Below are positions 27,092 to 37,736 of a stretch of DNA of 61,503 bases, piece by piece (the stretch's first letter is position 1; every line of letters starts with the position of its first letter). The notes under the pieces were generated by a model that saw only the letters and a list, made by a program, of their open reading frames with translations, ran no database searches and was not told the DNA's origin. The position numbers and the translations under genes were made by a program. Source of the DNA: Minisyncoccia bacterium (GTDB taxonomy: Bacteria > Patescibacteriota > Minisyncoccia > SW-4-49-11); NCBI GenBank assembly GCA_044356725.1, contig JBIKVS010000006.1, forward strand, positions 1 to 61,503. Direction: 5' to 3'.

Positions 27092-27853
27092 TTATATTTG
27101 AGTTAATATTTCAGCTCCTTTATCTGTGACTAAAATTGTATGTTCAAAATGAGCTGACAGAGAACCATCATCAGTATATACAGTCCAATCATCATCAGCA
27201 TCTGTGAACACATCCTCACTACCAAGAGTAATCATTGGCTCCACAGCAATGGTTAGGCCAGAAACTAATTTTGTACCCGCTCCTGAATTTCCATAATTAG
27301 GAATATTTGGCTCTTCATGTAATGTATGCCCCACACCGTGACCAGCATAATCTCTAATTATACCATAGCCAAATTGGTCAATATATGATTCAACAGCATA
27401 ACCAATATCCCCAGTAGTAGCTCCTGCTTTGATTACTTTAATAGCTTTATTGAGAGACTTCTGAGTTCTTTCTAATAATAATCTAGCCTCCTCTGAGATA
27501 GTACCAATACCAAAAGAAAGTGCACTATCAACAATCATATTCTTATGCAATACTCCACAGTCCAGAGACACAATATCCCCTTCTTTAATGATAGTATTAG
27601 GATTAGGAACTCCATGAATAACAGCATCATTAACCGAGGTACAGATAACTGCTGGAAATCCATAATACCCTAAGAATACTGGTTTGACTTTTTTCTTTTC
27701 AAAAAACTCTCTAGTATAAATATCTATTTCTTGAGTACTAATACCAGCTTTTACTTTATCCTCTTTTAACCAAAGCAAAGTCTCGGCTAGAATTTTACCA
27801 CCCTCTCGCATAGCTTGAATCTCATCTTTAGTCTTAACCTTGAATTGAGCCAT
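27092..27853 (-). CDS. map: Methionine aminopeptidase type I
   Basis: VIHGVPN, DIVSLDCG, GHGVGHTLHEEP, TIAVEPM, FEHT metal-ligand pattern. Confidence 0.92.
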   Translation of the reverse strand: MAQFKVKTKDEIQAMREGGKILAETLLWLKEDKVKAGISTQEIDIYTREFFEKKKVKPVFLGYYGFPAVICTSVNDAVIHGVPNPNTIIKEGDIVSLDCGVLHKNMIVDSALSFGIGTISEEARLLLERTQKSLNKAIKVIKAGATTGDIGYAVESYIDQFGYGIIRDYAGHGVGHTLHEEPNIPNYGNSGAGTKLVSGLTIAVEPMITLGSEDVFTDADDDWTVYTDDGSLSAHFEHTILVTDKGAEILTQI

Positions 27854-27856
27854 AAA

Positions 27857-28429
27857 TTATTGTAAAGCTTTTAATATATCTGCGGATACTTTTTCCATTG
27901 ATTGATTACCATTGATAGTTATTAACTTACCCTTTTCTCTAAAATATTCAATTGATGGAATTACAGATTGATTATAGGTATCAATACGATTCTTGATATG
28001 CTCTGGTTTATCATCTTCTCTCTCTAATAGCTGTAGTCTCTCAGACAGTCGATTTATCACTACTTCATCAGGTACATCAATATATATAACCTTATATTCT
28101 CGCTCAAACCAAGATAAAACTTTATGTACAATAATAGACTCTTCTTTGGATCTAGCAGCTCCATCTAAAATGATTCCAGTTTTATCATTATGATTATTAA
28201 CCAAATAATTAATCAAAACATAACTAGGCATCCAATAAGGCAAAAATTCACCTTTATTGATTGAAGCAGCAACCTTATCTGCTAGAAAACCCTTATCAGC
28301 AGCTATATTACGAAAAAAATCCCCATACGGAATAGCCTCCATACGAAATTTTTGCTTCAAAATCCCACTCTGAGTTCCTTTACCAGAACCTGGTTTACCA
28401 ATTAAAATTAAAGCATCAACTTTTATCAT
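27857..28429 (-). CDS. adk: Adenylate kinase (short-lid type)
   Basis: P-loop GKPGSGKGTQ, ILDGAARS. Confidence 0.8.
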   Translation of the reverse strand: MIKVDALILIGKPGSGKGTQSGILKQKFRMEAIPYGDFFRNIAADKGFLADKVAASINKGEFLPYWMPSYVLINYLVNNHNDKTGIILDGAARSKEESIIVHKVLSWFEREYKVIYIDVPDEVVINRLSERLQLLEREDDKPEHIKNRIDTYNQSVIPSIEYFREKGKLITINGNQSMEKVSADILKALQ

Positions 28430-28497
28430 AAGAAATATTAAATTATTTACTGTATTCTAACATAAAAGCAAAATAATTTCCAGTATATGTGTGAGAA

Positions 28498-28646
28498 AAT
28501 GATGAGTTATAAGTGGTGAATTATGAATTTGGAATGTTAAATGATGAATTGGGAATTGAGAGTTTCGTAGGGGCGACCTTTCAGTAGCCTGAAACAGTTC
28601 ATATAAATACGGGCGACTGAAAGGTCGCCCCTACAATTCATAATTA
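28498..28646. repeat. G+C-rich repeat locus R7: about ten 7-nt tandem units, then a 19-bp perfect inverted repeat, flanked by AATTATGAATT/AATTCATAATT
   Basis: Heptamers 28500-28569 (tgatgag|ttataag|tggtgaa|ttatgaa|tttggaa|...). gtaggggcgacctttcagt (28567-28585) is the exact reverse complement of actgaaaggtcgcccctac (28616-28634). Confidence 0.9.
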
Positions 28647-28673
28647 AATTATTTTATGTTATACTAGCAATAT

Positions 28674-29090
28674 ATGAAATATTTAAGATTTATACCGTCT
28701 ATTATTATAATTGGGTTTATCTGGTATTTATCTGATAAGCCTGGTCTCAAGTCTGATTATACTCCGATTATAGATTTCTTTTTGAGAAAAGGAGCTCATA
28801 TTGTGGAGTATTTTGTATTATATTTAGCTTTATTCTGGGGGTTTTTGAATACTAAATTTAGTCAAATTACTAATTCTGAATTTAACTACATTAATACTAA
28901 AACTTTTTGTATTGGATTTATAGCTACTTTATTAGATGAATGGCATCAAACTTGGGTTTTTGGAAGAGAGGGTAAGCCTCTAGATATAGCTTTTGACTTG
29001 ATAGGTTTTATTTTAGCTTATATCATTCTGTGGACATTCTGGAATTATTCTACAAACCAATCTAATAAAAACCCTACTGAAAATAAATAA
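28674..29090 (+). CDS. VanZ-like family membrane protein
   Basis: LRKGAHIVEYFVLYLALFW...DEWHQ pattern, 4 TM segments. Confidence 0.7.
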   Translation: MKYLRFIPSIIIIGFIWYLSDKPGLKSDYTPIIDFFLRKGAHIVEYFVLYLALFWGFLNTKFSQITNSEFNYINTKTFCIGFIATLLDEWHQTWVFGREGKPLDIAFDLIGFILAYIILWTFWNYSTNQSNKNPTENK

Positions 29091-29119
29091 ACTCCCTTTT
29101 AATTGGGAGTTTATTTATG
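29089..29119. terminator. Bidirectional terminator between the convergent VanZ-like gene and dnaK
   Basis: aaactccc-ttttaatt-gggagttt with T-rich tails on both strands. Confidence 0.65.
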
Positions 29120-29137
29120 ACTGAGATATCTAGAAAA

Positions 29138-31066
29138 TTATTTTTTCTCTTCAAACTCAGCATCTTTTGGAGCTTCAGCATTGGATCCAGCTTCTTCTTT
29201 TGGCTCTTCTGCTTGTCCATGATCATGTCCAGAGTGAGGGTCAGTATTTGTCTGAGCTTGTTGTTCAGCCTGATATAGTTCTGCTCCTACTTTTTGGGAA
29301 ATGGTAGATAACTCATCTAAAGCCTTTTGGATATCTTCTTTAGAATCTTTATCTTTTACTTCTTTTAGGGCATTTACTTTTTCAGTAAGAGTTGTATTAT
29401 CTTCTTCCTTAATCTTATCTTTACTGTCTTTCTGCATTTTCTCTACAGAATAGATTAAAGTATCTGCTTGATTTCTAATCTCTACTAATTCTTTAGCTTT
29501 CTTGTCTTCTTCGGCATGTAATTCCGCATCTTTAGTCATTTTCTCAATATCAGCATCGGACAATCCTGAGGAGGCTTCAATTCTAATAGATTGCTCTTTA
29601 TTAGTTGCCTTATCTTTAGCAGTAACTTTCAATATACCATTAGCATCTATATCAAAGGTAACTTCAATTTGAGGAATTCCTCTTGGTGCTGGTGGAATAC
29701 CATCTAAAATAAATCTCCCTAGAGCTTTGTTGTCTTTAGCAAATTCTCGCTCTCCTTGTACGATATTAATATCTACTGATGGCTGATTGTCACTAGCAGT
29801 AGAGAAAACTTGAGATTTGGAAACCGGTACAGTAGTGTTTCTCTCTATAATTTTGGTAGATACACCTCCCATAGTCTCAATTCCTAGTGATAATGGAGTT
29901 ACATCTAATAATAAGACATCTTTGACATCTCCTTGCAGAATACCTCCTTGAATTCCAGCTCCAATTGCTACTACTTCATCTGGATTAATACCTTGATTTG
30001 CTTCTTTTCCAAATAATTCTTTCACAAATGCTTGTATAGCTGGCATTCTGGTTTGTCCTCCAACTAGAATAACTTCTTCTATGTCTTCTTTCTTGAATCC
30101 AGCATCAGCTAGAGCTTTCTCACAAGGAGCTTTAGTTCGCTCAATTAAATCCTTAACTAATTCTTCTAATTTGGCTCTGGTCATCTGTAAATTCAAATGT
30201 TTTGGTCCAGTCTCATCATTAGCTATAAATGGGATACTGATTTCAGTTTGAAGAGAGCTCGATAATTCAATTTTAGCTTTTTCTGCTACTTCTTTTAGTC
30301 TCTGAATAGCTAGACTATCTCCTGATAAATCAATTCCTTGATCCTTTTTGAATTCACTCAAAAGATAATCCATCACTACTTGGTCTAAGTCATCTCCTCC
30401 TAAATGAGTATCTCCATTGGTAGATTTTACCTCAATAGTATCTTCTGAAACTTCAAGTACAGAAACATCAAAGGTTCCTCCTCCAAAGTCATATACTACA
30501 ATTTGCTGATCCTTTTTCTTGTCAAAACCATAAGCTAAAGCTGCAGCGGTTGGTTCATTGATAATTCTTTTAACATCTAGACCTGCGATTTTACCAGCAT
30601 CTTTGGTAGCCTTTCTCTGAGCATCGTCAAAATAAGCAGGCACTGTAATTACAGCTTCTGTTACAGGGGCTCCTAATTTAGCTTCTGCATCAGCTTTTAG
30701 CTTTTGTAAAACTATAGCCGCGATTTCAGCTGGTTGCTTCCACTCTTCTCCTAATTTAATCTCAACACCTCCATTGGAAGCCTCTCTAATCTCATAAGGT
30801 AGCAGAGCTTTGTCTTTTTGTACTTCTGGGTCAGAAAATTTACGCCCAATTAATCTCTTGGCTGAGAAAATAGTATTCTTAGGGTTTACAACCCCTTGTC
30901 TTTTAGCCACAATTCCTACTAGTCTTTCTCCACTTTTGGAAACTGCAACTATAGAAGGAGTTGTACGACTCCCTTCAGAATTTTCTAAGATTTTATGTGA
31001 ACCACCTTCAATTACAGCTACTGCTGAATTAGTGGTTCCAAGGTCTATACCAATAATTTTACTCAT
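29138..31066 (-). CDS. dnaK: Chaperone DnaK (Hsp70)
   Basis: [19 protein letters not shown] and [11 protein letters not shown] signatures. Confidence 0.95.
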   Translation of the reverse strand: MSKIIGIDLGTTNSAVAVIEGGSHKILENSEGSRTTPSIVAVSKSGERLVGIVAKRQGVVNPKNTIFSAKRLIGRKFSDPEVQKDKALLPYEIREASNGGVEIKLGEEWKQPAEIAAIVLQKLKADAEAKLGAPVTEAVITVPAYFDDAQRKATKDAGKIAGLDVKRIINEPTAAALAYGFDKKKDQQIVVYDFGGGTFDVSVLEVSEDTIEVKSTNGDTHLGGDDLDQVVMDYLLSEFKKDQGIDLSGDSLAIQRLKEVAEKAKIELSSSLQTEISIPFIANDETGPKHLNLQMTRAKLEELVKDLIERTKAPCEKALADAGFKKEDIEEVILVGGQTRMPAIQAFVKELFGKEANQGINPDEVVAIGAGIQGGILQGDVKDVLLLDVTPLSLGIETMGGVSTKIIERNTTVPVSKSQVFSTASDNQPSVDINIVQGEREFAKDNKALGRFILDGIPPAPRGIPQIEVTFDIDANGILKVTAKDKATNKEQSIRIEASSGLSDADIEKMTKDAELHAEEDKKAKELVEIRNQADTLIYSVEKMQKDSKDKIKEEDNTTLTEKVNALKEVKDKDSKEDIQKALDELSTISQKVGAELYQAEQQAQTNTDPHSGHDHGQAEEPKEEAGSNAEAPKDAEFEEKK

Positions 31067-31105
31067 ACTTCATATATTAATTTTTACATAAATATTATAC
31101 ACCTA

Positions 31106-31132
31106 TTAGCAGTCTATTGTCAAGAGTGCTAA
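31106..31132. promoter_or_regulatory. CIRCE element (HrcA operator) upstream of dnaK
   Basis: TTAGCAGTC-N9-GAGTGCTAA versus consensus TTAGCACTC-N9-GAGTGCTAA (1 mismatch), 40-66 nt upstream of the dnaK ATG. Confidence 0.85.
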
Positions 31133-31149
31133 TAGACAGTCCCAACTGT

Positions 31150-31917
31150 TTATAATTTGAAAGCCTGAGTTGCATTAGTATCTAAAATTTGTTCTAATTC
31201 TTGAGTATCTACACCTCGCAACTCAGCTATTTTAGATATATTATATTCTAAAAATAAAGGACTATTTTGCTTACCTCTATGAGGTACTGGAGACAGATAA
31301 GGAGCATCTGTTTCTACCAATAATCTATTCTCGGGAACAACTTTGACCGCTTCTTGGATGGGAAGTGAATTCTTAAAAGTTATAATTCCAGAAAAAGAAA
31401 AGTATATTATATGTGAAAGAGTATTGAATTTATCGACCCAGCCTTTATCCCCAGTAAAACAATGTAGTATTATCTGCAAATCTTTATATTCTGACAGAAC
31501 TCGATAAGTGTCTTCAAATGAATCTCTAGTATGAATAATCACTGGTTTATCATATTTGATAGCCATATCCAAATGTAATCTGAATAACTTTTCTTGTTTG
31601 TTCTTTACATCACTTGATCTATGATAATAAAAGTCAAAGCCACACTCACCAATTGCTACTATAGGTTCTATTGATAATATTTTATCCATTTCTAACCTAG
31701 CTACATCTAGATTAATCTCTTCATATTCGTGGGGATGTATACCAACTGAGGCATATAAAAATTCATATTTTCTAGCAAGATTAATAGCCTTTATACTATC
31801 TTCAATATTTGTTCCAACCAATATAGCTTTTATATTATGTTGTTTTATTTGTAATAATAGCTCCTCTCTATTATCATCAAATTCTTGAGAATGTAGGTGA
31901 CAATGAGTATCTATCAT
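31150..31917 (-). CDS. TatD-family metal-dependent hydrolase
   Basis: MIDTHCHL start, EIGLD-like GECGFD, IIHTRDS, HCFTG, ETDAPYL. Confidence 0.88.
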   Translation of the reverse strand: MIDTHCHLHSQEFDDNREELLLQIKQHNIKAILVGTNIEDSIKAINLARKYEFLYASVGIHPHEYEEINLDVARLEMDKILSIEPIVAIGECGFDFYYHRSSDVKNKQEKLFRLHLDMAIKYDKPVIIHTRDSFEDTYRVLSEYKDLQIILHCFTGDKGWVDKFNTLSHIIYFSFSGIITFKNSLPIQEAVKVVPENRLLVETDAPYLSPVPHRGKQNSPLFLEYNISKIAELRGVDTQELEQILDTNATQAFKL

Positions 31918-34697
31918 TACTTGATAATTTTATTGCTAGTTGTAACATTACCAGATGTATCTGTAGCTTTTAAGTAAAAGCTAAAGCTTCCAATACCAGA
32001 TGGTGGTTTATAATTATGAGTAAAGGTTTTGGGAGCTGTGGTTGGTTTTTTTAGAATAATTAATTGTCCTTGAGTATCGTCATAAAATTCTACCTGAGCA
32101 ACTCCTTGTGTGTCTGTAACATTGGCTGAAAGTATAAATCCAGAGCTAGCATCACCTGATACATTAAAACTCTCTATGATTGGGCTCACTGCATCTAATT
32201 TAATATTAATATTTATACTAGTCTCTGATTTATTAAGATAAATATCAAAAGCTCTGACTGTTAATTTTTTATCCCCTCCTGAAGGTGCGACAATACTCTG
32301 ATTAATATTACCTGATTCAGTAGAAAGTACAGCAACATCATCTAGATATATATCTACTTGCTTTAATCCCTGTGGAGCAGTAACTCTAATATCTAAAGGC
32401 ACACTATTACCATTAATAGAAGATCCTTGTGTAGGACTATTGATGACAATATTTGGTTTATTATCATCTGTATAAACATTATCTCTATCATCTTGAATAT
32501 TGGTTATATAACCCTTTGAGCGAGCCCAAGCTAATACTGGCTTTTCCCAATTTTCAAATTGAGGATCTTCTTTTGGATTTTTTGGCCAATCTCCCAAAAC
32601 ATCGTCTAATTTGACATAGTATAGTTCACTGTGTACGGTTTTAACCTCTCTCTCTTCAACAAGTTCTGGGGGAGTTAAATCAGTTGCAATTTTACCAGTG
32701 GCTTTATTGATTTTGAACTTTTGATTATATTCAAATCCTCCAGTATTTACCATTGGTTTATTACCTCTTTTTATCTCAGGTTTAGTAAATTGTCCTGGTT
32801 TTCTACCACTAGCAATTGCTTCTTTCATAAATCTATTCCAAATTGGGGAAGCTACTACTGAACCATCAGCTCCATTTCTCATTGGCTTATTGTCATTACG
32901 ACCAACCCACACACCTGCTACTAAATCTGTGGTATACCCCACAGTCAAAGCATCTCTAAACTCCTGACTTGTTCCTGTTTTAGCAGCTGCTTCCACTCCT
33001 GGAATACTAAGATTATTAGTAAATCCAAAAACTGGAGACCTAGCATTATTATCGGCTAGAATATCAGTTATTTGTCTTGCTACATTCTCATCTAATACTT
33101 GTTTTTCATCCTTTTCCCAAGAGTATAATACTTCTCCTGAAGTTTTAGTTACCTTCATTAAAGGAGTTATCTGATTAAATTTACCATCATTTGCAAAAGC
33201 TGAGAATGATCCAAAATGCTCTAATAGTTTTAGTTCTGCTCCACCCAAAGCCATAGCTAGGCCAGACTTTTTAGTTTTTGAATAATCAGTAATACCTAAT
33301 TTACCTCCTAGTTCCAGAGTATCTTTAATCCCGCCCAAATATAGAGCTTTCACAGCTGGTACATTCAAAGAAGTAGCTAAAGCTCGCCTTACACTAACAG
33401 GTCCATTAAACTGTAGATTAAAGTTATTAGGCTCATAAGGAGGAAGTCCTGGAGTAGTCTCAAAATTAGTAGGCAAATCAAATAGATAGGAATCAGGATT
33501 ATAACCTTTAGTAAAAGCTTGTGCATAAACTAATGGCTTAATTGAGGAGCCTGGGGATTGTTGAGTAGTTAGAACATTTACATTTCCATCATCATCGGTA
33601 TTAAAATAATCTTTAGATCCTACTAGAGCTAATATGTCTCCATTTTTAGGATCAATAGCTCCTAATGCTCCATTTCTGGTATCATATCTAGACCTAGTTT
33701 TCTCAATTTCTTCTTTAACTACTTTTTCTGCGATTTGTTGTAAATTCCAATCCAATGTAGTCTGTACCTTCAGCCCTCCCTGCTCTAGAACTTCTTCACC
33801 AAACTTTTCGGCTAATTTTTCTCTAACATAAAATACAAAGTGTGGAGCTTTGATATTTTGTGCAAATGGTTTAATAGTTAATTTTTGTTCTTTTTGCTGA
33901 TTATAAACATCCTCATTAATATAACCTTGTTCTTTCATTTTCAACAGTACAAATTGCTGTCTTGCCTCTAATTTTTCAAAGTTAGACCCATAAGGTGAGT
34001 AAAAAGTTGGTCTTTGTATAATTGCAGCTAACATAGCGGCTTGATAAGGCTCTAGGTCCATAGGTTTTTTACCAAAAAAACTCTGAGAAGCAGCTTCTAC
34101 TCCATAAATATTCCCTCCAAAGGGGATTTCATTGAGATAAAAAGCTAAAATTTCATCTTTGGAATACTTTTGCTCAATTTGAATTGCTAAAATAGCTTCT
34201 CTAAGCTTACGCATCAGTGACCTATCACTAGTCAATAGAGCATTTTTTACAAATTGCTGAGTTATAGTAGACCCTCCACCACCTATACCTTTACCTGTAA
34301 TATTTTGAAAGGCTGCTCTTGTAATAGCTGTAGGTCTTACCCCCCAATGTTTATAAAACTCTTGATCTTCAATTGCTATAAAGGCTTGTTTTAATATATC
34401 TGGTATTTGGTCTTCTGGAATAATTGTACGGTTTTCATTTCCAGAAATTTCATATAATAATTCTTGTCCAGTCCTATCATATATTTGAGTGGACTGAATA
34501 ATTCTTCTATCATCTAAATTAACAACACTTGGTAAATCTTTAGCCACATAAGCATATAATCCTATAAAAGAGATTAAAGAGAATACAAAAGCACCTAATA
34601 AAGCTCTATATGTTATCTTTACCCATTTTTTAGTCCAAAATGATGGTTTTTTATAAACCACTTTTTTAAAATCTTTACTATGTTTCTTTTTAGTCAT
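31917..34697 (-). CDS. Class A penicillin-binding protein (GT51 transglycosylase + transpeptidase) with two C-terminal Ig-like repeats
   Basis: EDQEFYKHWG, GGSTITQQ, RKxxE (GT51); SPGSSIKP (SxxK), KTGTS. A roughly 200-aa beta-rich C-terminal extension follows. Confidence 0.9.
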   Translation of the reverse strand: MTKKKHSKDFKKVVYKKPSFWTKKWVKITYRALLGAFVFSLISFIGLYAYVAKDLPSVVNLDDRRIIQSTQIYDRTGQELLYEISGNENRTIIPEDQIPDILKQAFIAIEDQEFYKHWGVRPTAITRAAFQNITGKGIGGGGSTITQQFVKNALLTSDRSLMRKLREAILAIQIEQKYSKDEILAFYLNEIPFGGNIYGVEAASQSFFGKKPMDLEPYQAAMLAAIIQRPTFYSPYGSNFEKLEARQQFVLLKMKEQGYINEDVYNQQKEQKLTIKPFAQNIKAPHFVFYVREKLAEKFGEEVLEQGGLKVQTTLDWNLQQIAEKVVKEEIEKTRSRYDTRNGALGAIDPKNGDILALVGSKDYFNTDDDGNVNVLTTQQSPGSSIKPLVYAQAFTKGYNPDSYLFDLPTNFETTPGLPPYEPNNFNLQFNGPVSVRRALATSLNVPAVKALYLGGIKDTLELGGKLGITDYSKTKKSGLAMALGGAELKLLEHFGSFSAFANDGKFNQITPLMKVTKTSGEVLYSWEKDEKQVLDENVARQITDILADNNARSPVFGFTNNLSIPGVEAAAKTGTSQEFRDALTVGYTTDLVAGVWVGRNDNKPMRNGADGSVVASPIWNRFMKEAIASGRKPGQFTKPEIKRGNKPMVNTGGFEYNQKFKINKATGKIATDLTPPELVEEREVKTVHSELYYVKLDDVLGDWPKNPKEDPQFENWEKPVLAWARSKGYITNIQDDRDNVYTDDNKPNIVINSPTQGSSINGNSVPLDIRVTAPQGLKQVDIYLDDVAVLSTESGNINQSIVAPSGGDKKLTVRAFDIYLNKSETSININIKLDAVSPIIESFNVSGDASSGFILSANVTDTQGVAQVEFYDDTQGQLIILKKPTTAPKTFTHNYKPPSGIGSFSFYLKATDTSGNVTTSNKIIK

Positions 34698-34726
34698 AGA
34701 ATTAAATTCTCAAAAATTATAAAGAA

Positions 34727-35068
34727 TTATGACACAACTTCTTCTGCTTCAGGCAATATATCTAATCTTCTCTCATCAATTAACTCACCTGTATGAATAT
34801 CTCTGCCATAAGTACCAGCTTTTATTCTATCCAAGGCTCTATCTATAGCTTCTAAAGTCTCTTCCAGAGTTCCTTCAACTAATATATCCCGTTCATAATT
34901 AGCTTGTTCTTGTATATTATCTTCTTCATCATCGCTAATGTTTTCATATTTAGCTTCATAACTAGAACTAAGCTTATCTTTTACAGCTACTGAATTAAGT
35001 TCAGATAATATTCTATCCTTCTTTTCTAATAATTTGTGGCGATAATATTCTAATTTTTGTGAATCCAT
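34727..35068 (-). CDS. DksA/TraR-family protein lacking the zinc-finger cysteines
   Basis: Coiled-coil N-terminus and RIKAGTYGRDIHTGELIDERRLDILPEAE. This aligns with the GTYGxCxxCGxxIxxxRLxxxPxA motif, but all Cys are replaced. Confidence 0.6.
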   Translation of the reverse strand: MDSQKLEYYRHKLLEKKDRILSELNSVAVKDKLSSSYEAKYENISDDEEDNIQEQANYERDILVEGTLEETLEAIDRALDRIKAGTYGRDIHTGELIDERRLDILPEAEEVVS

Positions 35069-35102
35069 ATGTTTAATAAGTTATTTCTTATATTATACCA
35101 TA

Positions 35103-35906
35103 TTATAACATAGAAGTAAATATAAGACTAAGTGACAATAAAAACACAAGAGTTATTCTAGATATGATTTTTTTCAAATTCAATACTCTAAAGTAATTAT
35201 CTTTGAAGATTGAAACTGAAAATAAAAGATATGTTGTTAGTAAAACTGATTGAGTTAAGTGGGTAAATGGTAAAATTCTCAGTCCAATGAATATTTGAGT
35301 TATAATCATAGCTCCAATAGTTGCAAGTATAATATAATATCTGGCTTCAGTATTATATATCCATAAAATATAAGTAATAATATTGAATGTTGCAATAAAA
35401 GAAAAAAGACTTAGAATAATAGGATGTATATCCGTAATAAATATCGATCCAAATAAATATGAATACGTAGCAAAAGACATAAAAACAATACCAGACAATA
35501 CAATCTGTCTCATAATTTCAGATTTTTTATATTCCTCATTGGATATTATGTCTTGAACTAGAAATAAACTAATCCCCAATACAGCCACAATGATGCCTAA
35601 AGGAATTGTATCACCTTTGATAACTCTCATAAATAAAATTGAGGCTATGATAAAGTGTAATGGTATCTGATAAAATCTTATTCTATTCCTATAAAGAATA
35701 AACAGATATATACATAAAATAACAAATCCAAGTATACCAAATACACTCAATAAAGGATATTGTGTTTGTAGCAAATAAAGATAAGTTGGGAAAAATATAA
35801 TCAATATTATAATATTCCAGATATTTTTATCATAAATAAAACTTAATAATTTATTATTTGAATTATAATATTCCTGAGTAACTCTTAATAATTGATTTTT
35901 TGGCAT
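35103..35906 (-). CDS. Polytopic membrane protein, unknown function
   Basis: 267 aa, about 8 hydrophobic segments, no recognised motif. Confidence 0.5.
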   Translation of the reverse strand: MPKNQLLRVTQEYYNSNNKLLSFIYDKNIWNIIILIIFFPTYLYLLQTQYPLLSVFGILGFVILCIYLFILYRNRIRFYQIPLHFIIASILFMRVIKGDTIPLGIIVAVLGISLFLVQDIISNEEYKKSEIMRQIVLSGIVFMSFATYSYLFGSIFITDIHPIILSLFSFIATFNIITYILWIYNTEARYYIILATIGAMIITQIFIGLRILPFTHLTQSVLLTTYLLFSVSIFKDNYFRVLNLKKIISRITLVFLLSLSLIFTSML

Positions 35907-35909
35907 ATA

Positions 35910-37724
35910 TTACTTATCAAAATTAATGGATTTGCCTTTATGCATATCATTTTTTTTATTTTCTTTTTCTACCATTAAATTCGATTTAACTTCTAATAAA
36001 AGCTCGTCAACTAACGAAGATATACTAAGATTTTCTTCTTGATTAGATTGATTCAAGTCTTTAAGTAATTTTTCTTTAACTAGATACTCCGATTCGCCAT
36101 AAGATGAATTAGACCTACTAAATACTTCTTTTAGTTTTTTAGCCATAATTGGATTAGAGTACTCTGTCTCACTGTTAGAATCTAATTGTTGTGTTGGTTC
36201 TAATGCAACTTCTTCTGTTTGTTCGTTTACTTGTGATTGATTATTAATAGGCTGAGAGGACAAAGATACTTTAGCATTATCTCTAGATACAGTCTGGTCT
36301 TCTTCAGGTTTTTGATAAGCTAGAGTATCAGGCTTGGTTGATATACTATGCGATTTTGATGTATCATTAGATTTAGAATAAAATTTAGATTTACTATTAT
36401 TGTCTGATGATGCCTTTACTGGTTTAGCTTGAGAGTCTTTTTCATCCTTATTTTTAATATGGTCGCCTATCAATGTAGATTTCTTATTACCATAAGTTTG
36501 TCTTGAGAACTCAATGATTTTATCACGATTAGAAATTAATTCAGGCTCTGGATCAGGCAAAGTATCAGCACTAAATGGCTGACTTGTTACTCCATCTATC
36601 ATAAGTTTTAGATAAATTTTCCATTTTGGTAAATTTACTAAATCTTCAATAGTAAGCACAGGGGTGAATTCTCTTTCCATAAACTCAGCATCAGCCGCTC
36701 CAATCCTAAAGACAATGGTTGTGCCAACATTCCCAAATACAGCCCCACGGACAACCTCAGATAACTGCTCTATATATTGATGAGCTAGAATTAAACTCAA
36801 TTTATATTTACGAGCCTCAGACAAAATCTCAGCAAAGGAATCGGTAGAGAAGTTCTGAAACTCATCAATATAAGCATAGAAGTCCTTCCTTTCATTTTCT
36901 GGAATATCTACCCTACTCATAGCTGCCAACTGCATCTTGGTAATCATCATAGCTCCCAATAATTGAGCTCCTCCTTCACCTACGGCTCCTTTAGACAAAT
37001 TCATAATCAGAATTTTTTTCTGATCCATAATTTCTCTTAGGTTAAATGAAGATTTAGGCTGTCCAATAATATTACGAATCAATGGAGATGAAGTGAATTG
37101 CCCCACTTTATTCTGGATAGGAGAAATAGCTTCAACGAGTAATTTATCAGTATACCCATCATATTCATTTAGCCAGAATTGTTTTAGTACTGGATCTTGC
37201 ATTTTGTATACAATATTTGCTCTAAAGTTTTTATCCACTAGAATTCTCATTATATCCAATAATGTGCTACTTTCATTCTCAAGCAAAGTTAAAATGGCAT
37301 TCCGTAATATATATTCTAATCTTGGCCCCCAAGAATCAGCCCAGATTTTTTTGAACACACCCACCAACCCATCAGATACAATATGTCTCTGATTTTCTGG
37401 AACATCTCCAAGTACATTAAAGGCAATTGGATACTCTAAATCTTGTGGATTAAAATATACTACATCTTTAATTCTATCCTCTGGGATATAATCTAATAAA
37501 GCATCAGCTACATCCCCATGAGGATCAACAAAAGCTAAACCTGATCCATTTCTAATATCCGACACTGCCATATTGAGAAGCAGAGATGTTTTCCCCATTC
37601 CTGTCTTTCCAATAATATGCATATGCCTTCCCCTATCATCTCTTTTAATACCAAAAAGCTTACCCTGACCATGGAAATTAGTTTTGGCTATTATCGTTAT
37701 GTCTTGATTATTATTAGAATTCAT
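35910..37724 (-). CDS. TraD/VirD4-type (type IV coupling-protein-like) P-loop ATPase with long disordered C-terminal tail
   Basis: Walker A GKTGMGKTS, Walker B FYAYIDEFQNF, LILAHQY. The last roughly 200 aa are S/N/Q/E/K-rich low complexity. Confidence 0.7.
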   Translation of the reverse strand: MNSNNNQDITIIAKTNFHGQGKLFGIKRDDRGRHMHIIGKTGMGKTSLLLNMAVSDIRNGSGLAFVDPHGDVADALLDYIPEDRIKDVVYFNPQDLEYPIAFNVLGDVPENQRHIVSDGLVGVFKKIWADSWGPRLEYILRNAILTLLENESSTLLDIMRILVDKNFRANIVYKMQDPVLKQFWLNEYDGYTDKLLVEAISPIQNKVGQFTSSPLIRNIIGQPKSSFNLREIMDQKKILIMNLSKGAVGEGGAQLLGAMMITKMQLAAMSRVDIPENERKDFYAYIDEFQNFSTDSFAEILSEARKYKLSLILAHQYIEQLSEVVRGAVFGNVGTTIVFRIGAADAEFMEREFTPVLTIEDLVNLPKWKIYLKLMIDGVTSQPFSADTLPDPEPELISNRDKIIEFSRQTYGNKKSTLIGDHIKNKDEKDSQAKPVKASSDNNSKSKFYSKSNDTSKSHSISTKPDTLAYQKPEEDQTVSRDNAKVSLSSQPINNQSQVNEQTEEVALEPTQQLDSNSETEYSNPIMAKKLKEVFSRSNSSYGESEYLVKEKLLKDLNQSNQEENLSISSLVDELLLEVKSNLMVEKENKKNDMHKGKSINFDK

Positions 37725-37736
37725 AAACTATTTTTA

